Shown here: positions 46,805 to 60,499 of the stretch, one piece after another
Numbering within the stretch: the first letter of the stretch is position 1
Layout: each line of letters opens with the position of its first letter
Assembly: GCF_030144855.1 (NCBI RefSeq)
Contig: NC_082712.1
Location: forward strand, 10,044,001-10,108,000
Length of the DNA: 64,000 nt
From: Hypanus sabinus
Taxonomy: Eukaryota
Direction of reading: 5' to 3'
Translations under genes and position numbers: made by a program
The notes under the pieces: model-generated
Databases searched by the model: none
Seen by the model: only the letters and a program-made list of their open reading frames with translations
Told to the model about the DNA's origin: nothing

Positions 46805-47755
46805 TGTTACGTACCCCGTAACTGGGTGTCAGACCAGCAAAGATAGAAGTATCCGTTGGAGTCTGGTGATACTATATTCAAAAGTGTTTATTAGTAAAAT
46901 AAGCAAAACAATACCAACAATGCAAATATACATATAACACAAGCTAGCAGCAATAAACCTAAAAGTGTAGGAATAATAATAAGCAATAATAAACAAGCTC
47001 TAACGATGTCTAGGGGTAAATGAATTGTCATAGAAAAGTATAAAGTTCGGTTCAGTTTACGAGGGCTGAGGTAGTTATGCTTGTTGTATTGTAATCGTTG
47101 GAGAGAGAGAGAGCGAGAGATTAAGCAGCTGCAGTCAGCAAACCTTTCTGTTGCGTTTTGATTCTGTTGCACCGTTGTTGTGGTGGTCATTCAGCTATGA
47201 CCCCTCCGTCGTTCTGCTAGACCGTTCTTCTGTGGTGGACTCGTCACTCTGGCATGAGTGGACACACACACACAAGTCCCCACCGGCCCTGCTGTAACAC
47301 TGTGAGCTTTACTGACCGATCTCTTGGTTCGCTCTCCGAAGCCCCCACCTTCCTGTGGGTTCCCAACACTCAATCAGTGTCCACTGGTGTGTTTGAAGGG
47401 TGTCTCTCCAGACCTGTCTTTTATCCCTACTAACGGGGTCTCAGATATCCATAAATTCTGAATGACTGTTTCCATCAAATAAGGCCACTTCTGCAGTCTC
47501 CTGAGGAATTTTAACGAGCAAAATAACGTCCTTGTAGTGTAAGTAAATAATCCAGGAAGAGTCATAATAAATCAACAGTCCCTCTCTCTCTCTCTCTCTC
47601 TCTTATCTGTAGCGAATGTTCGTGCCTGTGTTTCGTCTCTGTCTATCATGAGCAGCATAACAACAGCAATAGTTCGTAGTTCTCGGGGGGGGGGGGGTTG
47701 AGAATGGTTAGATCTGCACCCCATTATCCATCAGGTCTGTTCATCACTCATAACA
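46805..47755. mobile_element. Solo LTR, 951 bp, inserted in an older LINE fragment
   Basis: TGTTA...TAACA termini; exact 4-bp TSD GATG (46801-46804 and 47756-47759). Confidence 0.85.
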
Positions 47756-48249
47756 GATGAGATTAGCTGTTCCTGAACCTGGCGGTTTGGGACTTCAGGC
47801 CTCTGCATTTCCTGCCCGAAAAGAGCTGTAAGAAGATGGCATAACCGGATGGTGGGGATCCTTGATGACAGATGTTGATTTTGTAAGGCGAAGACACTAC
47901 TGACGGTGGGGTGGAATGTGACTGTGACGTTTTGAATTGAGTCAGCTACTCTCTCGCAATTTCTTACATTGCTATGCATTTGACTTGCCGTGTCAAAAAT
48001 GTCAGATACTTTTAACAGCACATCTAGATAATACGTTCAAGTGTTTGCTGACAAGCCAAACCCCCTTAAGCTCCCCTAAAGCTAAAATCTTCTATAAATG
48101 TGCAGCGGGGAGCATATTGACTGGCCAAACCTCTGTAAGCACCCGTAAAACTAGAAATGGCTGGTGTGCCTTCCTTTGATTCATGGCTCATGAAAAGTCA
48201 TTCAATACTTTATCTAAAACTTTGCATGGCGTCTAAAACTTTGGCAAAC

Positions 48250-48850
48250 TTCTATAGATGAGCAGCGGAGGGTGTATTGACTGGTTGTATCACAGCCTGG
48301 TTTGGAAACACCAAGCCCTTGAAAAGTAAAGACCACTACAAGTAGTGGATACAGCCCAATCCATAACGGTTAAAACCCTACCCACTATTAAGCAGATCTA
48401 CACGGAATGCTGTCAGAGAAAAACAGCATCGATCTTCACGAACCCCTCTCTTCAAGCCATGCCCTCTTTTCGCTGCTGCCATCAGGAAGGAGTACAGGAG
48501 CCCAAGGACAGAAATCACGAGCTTCAGGAACAGTTATCACCCCTTATCCACCAGGCTCTTGCTTTCAACCTCACTCCCCCAACACTGAACTGCTCCTACA
48601 ACCTGTGAACTCACTTTCGAGGACTCTTCATCTCATGTCCTTGTTATTTATTTATTGCTATTATTATTTTAATTTGCACAGTGTGTTGTCTTTTGCATGA
48701 GTTGTTTATCTGTCGCGTGTGCGCTCTTTCATGGCCTCTACTGTGTTCCTTTGTATTTACTAGGTATGTTCACAAGAAAATGAATCTCGTGGTTGTATAT
48801 GCTGACGTATATGAATGTTGATAATAATTTTACCTTGAGCTTTGAACGCT
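48250..48850 (+). mobile_element. Rex-Babar-type LINE 3' fragment
   Basis: DTAQSITVKTLPTIKQIYTECC motif, related to 1-300 and 61090-61390. Confidence 0.6.
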
Positions 48851-49947
48851 GAGGAATTTAAAGATGCTCTCCGGCACAGATTCCCATTGTTCAATTCCCT
48901 TCCCCTTCCTTCAGTCCGCATTCAGTTTTGCTGACGTTAAGCGAGAATTTATTACTGTGGCACCACTAAACCAAGTGTCCCACCACACTCTGACATACTC
49001 ATGCTGACATACCGGTATGTCCGATATGCTTATCGATCAAGCTGAAACGATTACTAAAGCCGGCTCTTCGGAAATTAATGAAGGTGGATTGGAAATCGGT
49101 GCAATAGAGGGTCACGTTCCCTATACTGTTACGGAGTCCATACCTGCAGCCCACTGATGGATTGGAAAAGGCTTCGGCAATCTACCACAAAATGTTCTCA
49201 CGTTCAGCTACTCTCATGTCTAGAAACAAGAAGCTACCTTAGCTTGTAGGTCAAATGTGATAGCCTCCGTTGGCCAAGGTCGCCAGTGGATGTTGTCCCT
49301 TAGCTGTCTACTTGATACGCAATTGAGGACAATACAACATGGAGAGCAAGCTGTTGCTCATGCAGCTGATAAATCCAAAGATAAATCCTCTCCACGCAGC
49401 TGATAAATCCAAAGAAAAGGCGTTGCAGACGTTGTTAATTCAGCGTTGAACTCTACGTAGAACTGCCTTAGAGGCCCCAGCTGCCGAGTTTTCCCTCAGA
49501 GTTTGCTCTGACAGCCGTCCCCATAAGTGTGTGTAGCCACAAGGTAGTAGAGGTTTAAGATTAGAGTATTCCTTCTCCTCGATGAGATGCCAACCACAGC
49601 TGACGAACCGAATTGGCCCTATCTGCTGGGGAGTGACGGTGAAAAGGGGCAGGGCGATTGGGGAGCAAGAAGGCCCGAGAAGGATAACAGTAATCCGGAA
49701 TGGATGCAAGAAAGGAAAGGGTTTAGTGATTTAGTATACATTAGAACATGAGAAAGAGTTTGACAATAACAAGGCATTCGTCATTCAAAGTTTGCCAAAT
49801 TCCCATTCACATAGTGTGCTGATATAACTGTCGAGGTTAGATTTGAAGGTCTCTAAGGTATTACTCTTAACTGCACAACCAGGTAGTTTGGAGTATATGT
49901 CCACAACTCGCTGTAAAGTAATTATTCCTGATGTTACTCTGAAATCT

Positions 49948-51086
49948 CCCATTAACCATTGTTGATAAAGTCGGGAGGCATGGGATCCAAGGGGACATTG
50001 CTTTGTGGATCCAGAGCTGGCTTGCCCACAGAAAGCAAAGAGTGGTTGCAGACGGGTCATATTCTGCACAAGGTCGGTAACCAGTGGAGTGCCACAGGGA
50101 TCTGTTCTGGGACCCTTACTCTTCGTGATTTTTATAAATGACCTGGATGAGGAACTGGAGGAATGCGTTAGAAAGTTTGCTGATGACACAGAGGTTGGAG
50201 GTGTTGTGGATAGTATGGAGGGCTGTCAGAGGTTACGGCGGCACATTGATAGGACACAAAACTGGGCCCAGAAGTGGCAGATGGAATTCAACCCAGATAA
50301 GTGTAAAGTGGTTCATTTTGGTAGGTCAAACTCGTTAGCAGAATATAGTATTAATGGTGAGACTCTTGGCAGTGTGAAGGATCAGAGGGGTCTTGGGGTC
50401 CGAGTCCTTAGGATGTTCAAAGCAGCTGCGCAGGTTCGCTCTGTGGTTAAGAAGGCGTACGGTGTATTGGCCTTCATCAATCGTGGAACTGAATTTAGGA
50501 GCCGAGAGGTAACTTTACAGCAATATAGGAACCTGGTCAGACCCCACTTGGAGTACTGTGCTCATTTTTGGTCGCCTCACTACAGAAAGGATATGGAAGC
50601 CATAGAAAGGGTGCGGAGGAGATTTACAAGGATGTTGCCTGGAATGGGGAGCCTACCTTATGAGGACAGGTTAAGTGAACTCGGCCTTTTCTCCTTGGAA
50701 CGACGGAGGATGAGAAGTGACCTGATAGAGATGTACAAGATGATGAGAGGCATTAATCGTGTGGATAGTCAGAGGCTTTTCCGAGGGCTGAAATCATTGC
50801 CACAAGAGGACACAGGTTTAAGGTGCTGGGGAGTAGGTACAGAGGAAATATCAGGGGTAAATGTTTTTACTCAGGGAGTGGTGAGTGCGTGGAATGGGCT
50901 GCCGGCAACAGTGGTGGAAGCGGGTATGATCGGTTCTTTTAAGAGACTATTGGATAGGTAAATGGAGCTTAGAAAAATAGAGAGCCATGAGTAAGCCTAG
51001 TTGTTTCTAAGGTAGGGGCATGCCTGGCACAACTTTGTTGGCCAAATGGCCTGTATTGAGCTGTAGGTTTTCTATGTTCTATGTTC
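49948..51086 (+). mobile_element. Relatively young 5'-truncated CR1 (318-aa open RT C-terminus at 50005-50961)
   Basis: SGVPQGSVLGPLLFVIFINDLD, KFADD, VRPHLEYC; (TTCTATG)n tail; possible TSD TAACC. Inserted into an older minus-strand LINE. Confidence 0.92.
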
Positions 51087-51089
51087 TAA

Positions 51090-52170
51090 CCTGTCCTTGA
51101 TTATTGATTATTGTTGTAGCAGCTGGCATCCACGTTACTTCTTACATTAATCATTTTAAACACTTCTATCACGTCTCCTTTCATTCTACGTCTTCATAGT
51201 CTAACCGCTTTAATTCTTTCAATCTTTCTTCGTAGGTCATACCCTACAAACAATGAATTTAGTCGCCCTTCTCTGGACTTTCTCTGATGCCTACATATCT
51301 CTCACAAAGTATGTAGACCAACATTATATACCCTATTCAATGTGTGGAATCAATTGTGTATTATCTAACTTAAGGAGAAAGTGTGTAGCCTCGAAGTCTA
51401 CTCAGTGCATTATACAGCCCAACTTTCCATTAGCCTTCCCGATCGTTTTTGTGCATTGTCTAGGAGTTGACAGTGATAGGTCTACACCAGGATGCCCAAA
51501 TCCTTCTCAAACAGTACACTTTATAACTCAAGACCTCCATCTTATATTTATATCTAATCTTTCTACTTCTTACATTAAATACTTTATATTTACTTACATT
51601 GAATTTCATCTGCCATTTTCTTACCCACATCTGGACTTTTTTAAACCTAACAGTATGATTCTGCTGCCTTAATGTTGACACCTGCCTCACTATTTCTGTG
51701 TCATTGGCAAACTTCACGAATATATTTGTTATGTGCTTATCCAAATCATTAATGTAAATTAAGAACAACAGCGCCACCAACAACAATCCCTGTTGAAACA
51801 CATTTTTAACATCTTATTCGTGTGAAAATGATCTCACCATAATTTGGCTTGTTTTTATGATTTTGATCAATTCTGCACTGATTTACACAACTCCCTGTAA
51901 TTTGATTATTAATCTCTTGTGGGATACCTTATCAGAAGCCTTCCGAAAGTGGACGTAAATGATATCTACAGCTCCACTGTCGTAAATTTTAGTTGCCTCT
52001 TCATAGAACTCCAGCACATTAGTAAAGAATGATTTTCCCGTTCAGAACTCATGCTGACTTTCGGCTGACATACCCGTTCTTAACAGCTGCTTTTCCCACT
52101 CATTCTTTATTATTATTTCCATTCTCATGACTGCGATACACGTTCCGTTTACTGGTCTATAGTTACCAGG
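51090..52170 (-). mobile_element. Older CR1/L2 fragment (continues at 49770-49947)
   Basis: LFLIYINDLD...KFANDT...WQMKFNVSK motifs. Confidence 0.75.
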
Positions 52171-52659
52171 TCAGTGCGGTCACACGTCTTATATTCCGGA
52201 CTGTTAGGAGACGCTCTCAACGGTACCAGCCTCCGGAATTTGGAGACTCTAATTCTCCGGGGTATGGACAGCAGGGGTGGTCCCTTTAAGGGTTCAGGGC
52301 GGTCGCGCTCGTTGGGAGTTATGTTTTCCGACTCTCTACATTACACTCCATTCCAGATGGTGGCGGTCATGCACCTGAAGTTGGACAGCCAACCACATTA
52401 AAAGGAAGAAAAGGTTCAATGTTCAGTCGTAAGCCCAACGGATGTATTGTCTCTAGCCTTCTGTTTTTGCTCGGCTCTCGATCCAGTTTTATTCCGTATC
52501 TTGATCCTAGCCTCGGACTCTCCAGCATATGTGTCCAAACCATTCCCATCAAGGACTCCCGACATGGTACGGTTGTACCAAGAGATACACGAGCTCCAGG
52601 TAACCGTTTCACAATGTGTAAGTTAGAGAAGCGCGGGAGAGCTACTTCGTCCCTCTGAG

Positions 52660-53145
52660 GAGCCGTTACATCATCTAACCGAAAGAGATTCGACGGTGAT
52701 CCGGGCTTTTGCCGCGGTTCTTGGCTCAATCCTCATTAGCGTTAGAACTCCAGCCGCTCCGGTTTCCTTCGGAGCTTGGAAAGGCGGCCTTCATTATCTC
52801 TGTTCTGACTGGAAAAGCCCTAGCTTGGGCCACTGTGCATTGTGATTGAAGGTCTACGGAATTTATGGCCGCCATGAGGAAGCTATTCCATCACCCTGCC
52901 GGAACAAGCTGAGGCTCGGCCAGTCTGGTGAAAATGCGACAGAGCGGAGGGACAACGGCCGATAATGCTATGGAGTTTCGAACATTGGCCCAAGAAAGTG
53001 GTAGCAACGGAGAGGCCCTGTGCACTCTTTACCACCACAGACTTCAGGATTAACTGAAGGATGACTTTGCCTTGCGAGAGTCCGTAGAGGTTCTGATGAA
53101 ACAGTCCATTCGTCTCGATAATCGTCTGGCAGAAAGTAAATGAGA
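52660..53145 (+). mobile_element. Ty3/Gypsy sushi-type gag relic (frameshift plus stops)
   Basis: RFDGDPGFCRG/FLAQ...FIISVLTGKALAWAT...FMAAMRKLF...MRQSGGTTADNAMEFRTLA...LKDD...IRLDNRL, which matches the retrotransposon capsid pattern of the PEG10/sushi family. 52170-52650 may be its LTR/leader. Confidence 0.8.
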
Positions 53146-53189
53146 TTATATCCAGAAGTGGAAAGGGGCTAGCCCAAGCAATAAGACCA

Positions 53190-56100
53190 TAAAACATAAG
53201 ACCAGAATTAGTCCATTTGGCCCATCGAGTCTGCTCCGCTATTTAATCATGGCTGAACCTATTTTCCCCTCCTCAGAACCACTCCCCAGCCTTCTCTCCA
53301 TATCCTTGCTGTGACCAATCAAGAAACTATCAACCTCTGCCTTAAATACCCCCAACGTCTTGGCCTCCATAGGAAACTGTGGTAATAAATTCCACAAAGG
53401 CATCAGCTCTGGCGAAATTCTTCGTATCTCTGTTTCAAATGGATGTCCCTCTATCCTGAGGATGAGCCCTCTTGTCCTAGACTTCCCCACCATGGGAAAC
53501 ATTTTTTCCACATCTATCTCCAGGCCTCCCAGCATTTGAAAAGTTTCAATGAGATCTCCCTTCATTCTTCTAAATTCCAGCGATTACAGACCCAGAGATA
53601 TCAAACGTTCCTCGTATGATAACCCTTTCGTTCCCGAATCATCCTTGTGTACCTCCTCTGAGCCCCCTCCAATGCCAGCAATCCTTTTCTCATACAAGAA
53701 ACCGAAAATGTTGATAATACTCAAGGTGAGGCCACACCAATCCAGTATAAAGCCTCGGCACCTCTTCCCTGCTCGTGTATTCAAGATCTCTTCAAATGAA
53801 TGCTAACATTGCATTCGCCTTCTTCACCACCGTATCTACATTTAAGTTAACCTTTAAGGTGTTCTGTACAAGACACCCAAGTCACTATGCATCTCCGATT
53901 TTTGGATGTTCTCTCCATTTAGAAACTAGTCTACGCATTTATTTCTTCTGCCAAAGTGCATGACCATGCATTTTCTGACACCGCATCTCATTTACCACTC
54001 TCTTGCTCATTCTTCTAATCTGTCGAATTCCTTCTACACCTTTGCTGTTTCCTCAACCCTATCTGCCCCGCCACCATTCTTTCTATTATCTGCGAAGTTA
54101 GCAACAACGACACCTATTCCATCATCTAAATCATTGAAATACAGCAGAAAAAGAAGCTTTTTCAACACAGACTCCTGCAGAACACCATTGGTCTCAAGGA
54201 TACAACCAGAAAAAGACCCTTTTATTCAAATTCGTTGCTTCCTACCAATCAGCCAAAGTTCTAACCATGCCAGGAACTTTCCTGTAATACCATTGGTTCT
54301 TGGCAACAGCCTCATGTGTGGCATCTTATCAATGGCTTTCTGAAAGTCCGAATATGTAAATTCCAGTGCATATCTGTTATATATCCTCCGTGTAATCTCC
54401 ACGGGGAATTCCAACAGGCTCATCAGGAAAGATTTTCCGTTAACCATGTTGACTTTGTCCTATCTTGTCCTCTGGCACCAAGTACCCCAGATCCTCATCC
54501 TTATCAATTGACTCTAAAATCTTCAACCACTGAGGCCAGGCTAAATGTTCTACAGTTTCCTTTCTGCTGCCTTCCTCTTTTCCTAAAGAGTAGAGTAACA
54601 ATTGCAATTTTCCAGCCTCTAGGTCCGTGCCAGAGTCCAATGATGTTTGAAAGATCATTAGTAATGTCTCCACAATCTCTATCGCTACCTCTTGTCGAAC
54701 CCTAGGGTGAAGTTCATCTGGTCCGGGTGACTTGTGTACCGTTGGCTCTTTCAGCTTTTTCAGCACCTTCTCCCGTGTAATAGTAACAGCACTTATTTCT
54801 CTTCGCTCACAGCCTTCAACACCTGGCACACTACTAGTGCCATCCACGGTGACTTCTGATGCAAGATACCCATTTTGACCATCTGCCATCACCTTGCCCC
54901 CTATTTTCTTCTCTGGTCTCATTTTCCAGCGGTCTATATCCACCCTCAACTCTTTTTTTTATTTTTTATATACTTGAAAATGCTTTTACTATCCACTTTG
55001 ATGCTGTTTGCTAGCTTGATTTCAAATTTCATCTTTTCCCTCCTAATGTTTATTTTAGTTTCTGTAGGGTGTTAAAAGTTCCCCAATGCTCTGTCCTCGC
55101 ACTAATTTTTGCTTTTTTGTATGCCCTCTCTTTTAACTTTATACTAGCTTTGAATTCCCTTGTCATCCGCGGTTGTACTATTTTGTATTTTACTAAGTTT
55201 CAATGAGGTCTCCATCCATTCTACTGAACTCTAGTAAAAACAAACCAGAACCTTCAAAAAGCTCTTCACATAACTAGCTATTCTAACCTGGGGAATTGTT
55301 TCTCCATTGAACTGTCTCCTGTTACAACATATCATTTGAAAGATAAGGGGCGCAAATCTGCTCACAATACTCCAAGTGAAACCTCATCAGTGCTTTATAA
55401 AGTCTCAACACTATTCCTTGCTTTATACACTAGTCCTTCTATAATGAATGCTGAAATAAATGCTGAAATTGCAATGGCCTTCTTAATCACGAACTCAGCC
55501 TTTAAGGAATTTGCCTTTGGGAATCCTGTACAAGGAGTCCCAAGTACCTTTGAGCCTCATTTGTTTTGCATTTTCTCTCCATTTAGAGAATAGTCAACTC
55601 TTTCATTTCTTCTACCAGAGTGCATAACCATAAACTTCACGGCACGCCTCCATTTGCCATTCCTTTTCCACACTCCTAATCTGTCTACGTCCTTCTGTAG
55701 CCTCTCTGCTTCTTCAAAACTACCTGCCCCTCCGCCCGTCTACATATCATCTGCAAAATTTGCAACAAAGCCATCAATTCCATCATCCAAGTAACTGGCA
55801 TATGAAGTAAAAAGAATCGGTCCTAACATAGAGCCCTGAGGAATACCACTCGTCACCGGCAGGCAACCAGAAAAGATACCCTTTATTCCCCCCACGACCC
55901 CCTTTGTCTCCTGACAATCAGCTACTGCTTTATGCATACTAGAATAATCGCTGCAATATCATGCGCTCATCGCTTGTTAGCCTTATGTGTGGCACTTGCG
56001 AAAGGTCTTCTAAAAGTCCAAGTACGTAATATCCACCGATTCTCCTTTGTCTTATCCTCCCTGTTAATTTATGAAGGATTTCCAATGGAGTTGTCAAGCA

Positions 56101-56820
56101 AGGTTTTCCATAGTTGAAACCATATTAGTTACAACCTACTTTGTCGTGTGCCTCCACTTACCCCGAGACATCATCCTTAATAATCGACTCCAAAATCTTC
56201 CCAATCACTGAGGTCAGGCTAACTGGGCTATAGTTTCCTTCCTTCTGCCTCCCTCCGTTCTTAAAGTGTGTAAGTGCTTTTTTTGTCTTCCGCAGACAAG
56301 AACCTTTTCTCCAGTTCTGGTAATTTAACACACTTTATGACTCCTGAAACATGGAACTTCCTAATCCTCTAACTACTCGCTGACGTTTGCTGTATTATAT
56401 ACCCCCTCTATGCTTTTATTTTGCATTTGACTTCTCTTGTTAGCCACTGGTTTCCACTTTCCTTTAGAATACTTCTTTGGGATGTATCTCTCCTGTGCCT
56501 TTCGAAATGCCTCCAGAATTTCCAGCCATTGCAGCACTGCTGTAATCCTTGTCGGTGTTCTTTAACAATCAATTCTGGCCAGCACCTCTCTCAAGCGTCA
56601 GCAATTCCTATTCCCCACTGTAATGCTGATACCTCTGACTTTATCTTCCACTTCTCAAATGTGAGAGTGAATTCGGTCATATTGCGATCAATTTCCCATA
56701 TGGGTTCTTTTATCTTAATTTATCTACCAATTCTGCTACGTCGCACAACGCCCAATCCAGAATGGTTGATCCCAGAGTAGGCTCAACCATGAGCTTTTCT
56801 AAAAGCCATCTCATAGTCGC
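53190..56820 (-). mobile_element. Stack of CR1 fragments
   Basis: Repeated GDLIETF, KSPGPDELHPRV, GIPQGSMLGPILF and FADD motifs on the minus strand. Confidence 0.85.
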
Positions 56821-56829
56821 CGTAGAATC

Positions 56830-57640
56830 TCTCCCTCCTGGAATTCAGCAGCAGCCAGAGGCCCAATCGCCATCGGGAGCAGAGCACTTCGAAGAGGTTA
56901 CTCACAGGTCAGCCAATCATGTATGAAAGGGAGCTTCGCGGGCGTTAGGACATTCCGAATGGACCAATCCGCGTCAGGAGCTCAGCACATCAAATTAAAT
57001 GAAAGTACAGGGGTGGGGTGGGGGCGGCCACTATTGGAATAGACCAGCGCTGAGTGTAGGAGTGCCGGGCTTTGACTCAAGAGACTTTAACGAGAAGAGG
57101 CTGAGGCTAAAGACACAGGTTAGTTGATTTGTCCTTGGTTATCCATTGTACAGTGCAGGTAGAATAGCGGATCGGGCAGTGGAATGTTCCTCCTGTAGGA
57201 TGTGGGATTTCATGGAAGCTGAGAGTCTCCTTGATGACTCCGCCTGCCGGAATTGCAGCCAACTCCAGTATTAAGGAAGCTGGAACAGGAGTTGGATGAA
57301 TTTAGGATTATCCAGTAGGCAGAACAATTGCTAGATACAACTTTTTAGCAGATGGTTTCCCCCAGAATGCAGAATTCGGGAAGTATATGGGTGAATATCG
57401 GGAGAGGTTGAAGGGGAGAGAAGTCAGTACAGGGTCTCCCCGTGGTGATTCACCTCAGCAACAGGAGACACTTACCTTTGATTACTACTCCGAAGCATGC
57501 CCTATCTGGGCAAGGCAGCAGCGGCCAGACCAATAGCACTGTGGTCGGGTGTGAGCCTCAGATGGACAGGGTAAAGTCGGGCTGAGTAATGGTCACAGGG
57601 GACTCGATAGTTAGGGTGGCGGATAGGATTCTAACGTAGG
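56830..57640 (+). mobile_element. CR1 5' UTR and decayed ORF1 start
   Basis: Several CCAAT boxes and a GC box, then AVECSSCRMW-like Cys motif and GDSIVR. Confidence 0.65.
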
Positions 57641-58089
57641 AGGGTTCCGAGAGAGTTGTTAGGGTTACTTCAGAGTGTTGGAACGGTTACAGCAAGATTG
57701 AAGGACACTCTGCCCATTGAGAACATACTGACCCTAGCTAAGAACTTCTTAGCCGGTGCAACTCCATCACGCTCTCTCGACAACACCATGAATTCCTTTG
57801 CAGACTCTTGCCCTGCTCCTCGTTGCAACGCCCATTCCTACTGTATCCCCGCCATTCACTATGAATACTACTGGGTAGGAAACAATGTCTCCAGGCAATA
57901 GCTCAGTTATTTGCGGATTCACGTTCATTCTATAAAGTAATCTCTTACTCCGTCCACTGAGCCTCCCTCAGTCCACATTCTTCAACATTTTAAATCATCC
58001 CCATTGCTCCTGAACCAGGTATCTCTCCAACACTTGCCGCTGTAAGGAGATCATCCTGGAGGGGGATAACTGGGCACCTGTAGATCTCA

Positions 58090-59930
58090 CAATCATTGAA
58101 TAAATTGGCGGATAATCTGCTTTAACCTTAACGCCCGATCCACCCTCCAGATTATTGAGGCTTCCTTTCTGACCCTCATGCAGAATATGACCCGTCCACA
58201 ACCAGCCTTTGCCTCCTGTGGGCAAGCAAATTCTGGATCGACAAAGCAAGCTTCCTTTTGGATTCCATACCTCATTACTTTCTCAATAAACCTTGCATGG
58301 GGTACTTTGTCAAATGTCTTGCTGAAATCCATATACACTACATCTACTGCACTACCTTCATCAACGTGTTTAGTTACATCCTCATAAAATTCAATCAGGC
58401 TCGAAAGGCACGACCTGCCTTTGACAAAGCCATGCTGACTCTTCGTAATCATACTATGCCTCTCCAAATGTTTATAAATCCTGCCTCTCAGAAACTTTTC
58501 CATCAACTTACCAGCCACTGAAGCAAGACTCAGTGGTCTATCGTTTCCTCGGCTATCTCTACTCCCTTTCTTGAGCAAGAAAACAACATCTGCAACACTT
58601 TAATACTCCGGAACCTCTTCCATCCCTATTGATGATGCAAAGATTATTTTTCAAGGCTCAGCTATCTCCTCCCTTGCCTCCAGGAGTAGCCTAGGGTATA
58701 TCCCGTCTGGTATCGGGGACCATTCCAACTTGATGCTTTCTAAAATCTCCAGCACATCCTCCTTCTTAATGATTATGTGCTCAAGCTTTTCAGTTCGCGT
58801 AAGGTCGTCCCTACAATCGCCAAGGATCTTTTCTGTGGTGAACACTGAAGCAAAGTCTTCATTACGTACCTCCACTATCTCCTGCAGTTACATACACACT
58901 TTTACACTGTCACACTTGAATGCTCCAATTCTCTCATGTCTTATCCTTTTGCTCTTCGCAGACTTGCAGAATGCCTTAGGATATTTCTTAATCCCGCTCA
59001 CCAAGGCCTTCTCATGGCCCCTTCGGGCTCTGCTAATTTCATTCCTATGCCTGTTCCTGCGAGCCTTATAAATTTCTAGACCTCTATCATAACCTAGGTT
59101 TTTTGAACCTTTCGTAAACTTCTCTTTTCTTCTTGACTAGATTTTCAACAGCCTTTATACACCATGGATTCTGTACCCTACCACCCTTCCCCTGTCTGAA
59201 CGGAACATTTGCATTGCGTCACGCAAATATCCCCTGAACATCTGCCACATTTCTGCCGTACATTTCCCTGAGAACTTCTGCTCCGAACAATACTTCCAGG
59301 TACCTGCCTGATAGCTTCATACTTCCCCTTATTCCAATTAAACGTTTTCTGAATTGTTTGCTCCCATCTCTCTCCAATGCTATGGCAGATGAGATAGAAT
59401 TGTGATCACTATCTCCAACTGGGGACCTGACACTGTCCAGGTTCATTTCCCAAAGCCAGATCAAATACACCCTGTCTTCTTGCAGACCTATCGACATATT
59501 GTGTCCCAAAACCTTCCTGCACACTCCTAATAAACTCCACCCCATCAAAACCGCTTGTTCTGGGGAGACGTCAATCAATATTGTAGAAATTAAAAATTCC
59601 CATCACGGCAACCCAGTTATTATTGCACCTTTCCAGAATCTGTCTCCCTATCTGCTCCTCAGTGTCCCTGTAACTATTGGGTGGTGTATAAAAAGCATCC
59701 AGTAGAGCTTATGACCCCTTCCTGTTTCTAACTTCCACCCACAGAGATTCCGTAGACAATCCCTCCATGTCTTCCTCCTTTTCTGCAGCCGTGACACTAT
59801 ATCTGATCAACAGTTCTACGCCCCAGCCTCTTTTCCTCCCTCCATGTCCTTTCTGAAACACCCAAAGCCTGGCCGTCGAACGAGCCATCCAGTTTCTGTA
59901 ATGGCCTCAACATCAGAGCTCCAAGTACCG
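58090..59930 (-). mobile_element. CR1 endonuclease-RT fragment
   Basis: RPLSLASVAGKLMEK, QHGFVKGRSCL, YMDFSKTFDKVPH; VGDSDHNSI. Confidence 0.88.
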
Positions 59931-60499
59931 GTCCACGATCTGAGCTCATCCGCTGTGTTCACGAATCGTTCATTAGCGGAAGGGGAAGTACTGGAAAACA
60001 TTTTACAGGGCACGATTTATTTACAGAGATGAGGCAACAGTGCTTTGAGGCAAATTGATACCCCTGAAGAAAAATCCCATAAAACCACAAGTACAAATCC
60101 AAGCAGAAAGGAAGCCGATTGGTATGGCAAAATGCCTTGAGCATTATATGGCAGGCCAGGAAGTGCAACGCCATGACAGGGTAAATTACGAGTTCAAAAG
60201 ACCATCTAAACTTACAATTATCAACAGTTTTATAACATTGAGATACTGTAGCGTGCAGAAGGCTTATACCTAGGATACCAAAGACTGTAGCACAGCACTA
60301 TATTTGACAAAGTGAAATGAAAAGCGAGTTTGTGAATCTGGCAGGAGCAAAGAATGTTGGAAATGGCGAGGGTGGCATTTCGCTGGAAGGGTGTTCGAGA
60401 AGGTGGTCGGGTCCTGCAGTTTCCATACCATACAGTCATGCAACATGTTTGGATGCTCTTTATTTCACGTCTGTAGAAGGGCGTAAGTATTGCTGTGCA

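Noticed and set aside
49144-49219. 76-nt exon-like segment on the minus strand with good acceptor and donor
   Set aside because: Stops in all three frames and no linked exons; could only be non-coding, which is unsupported.
50005-50961. 318-aa ORF as a host gene or active element
   Set aside because: C-terminal CR1 RT fragment, 5'-truncated, lacking endonuclease and ORF1.
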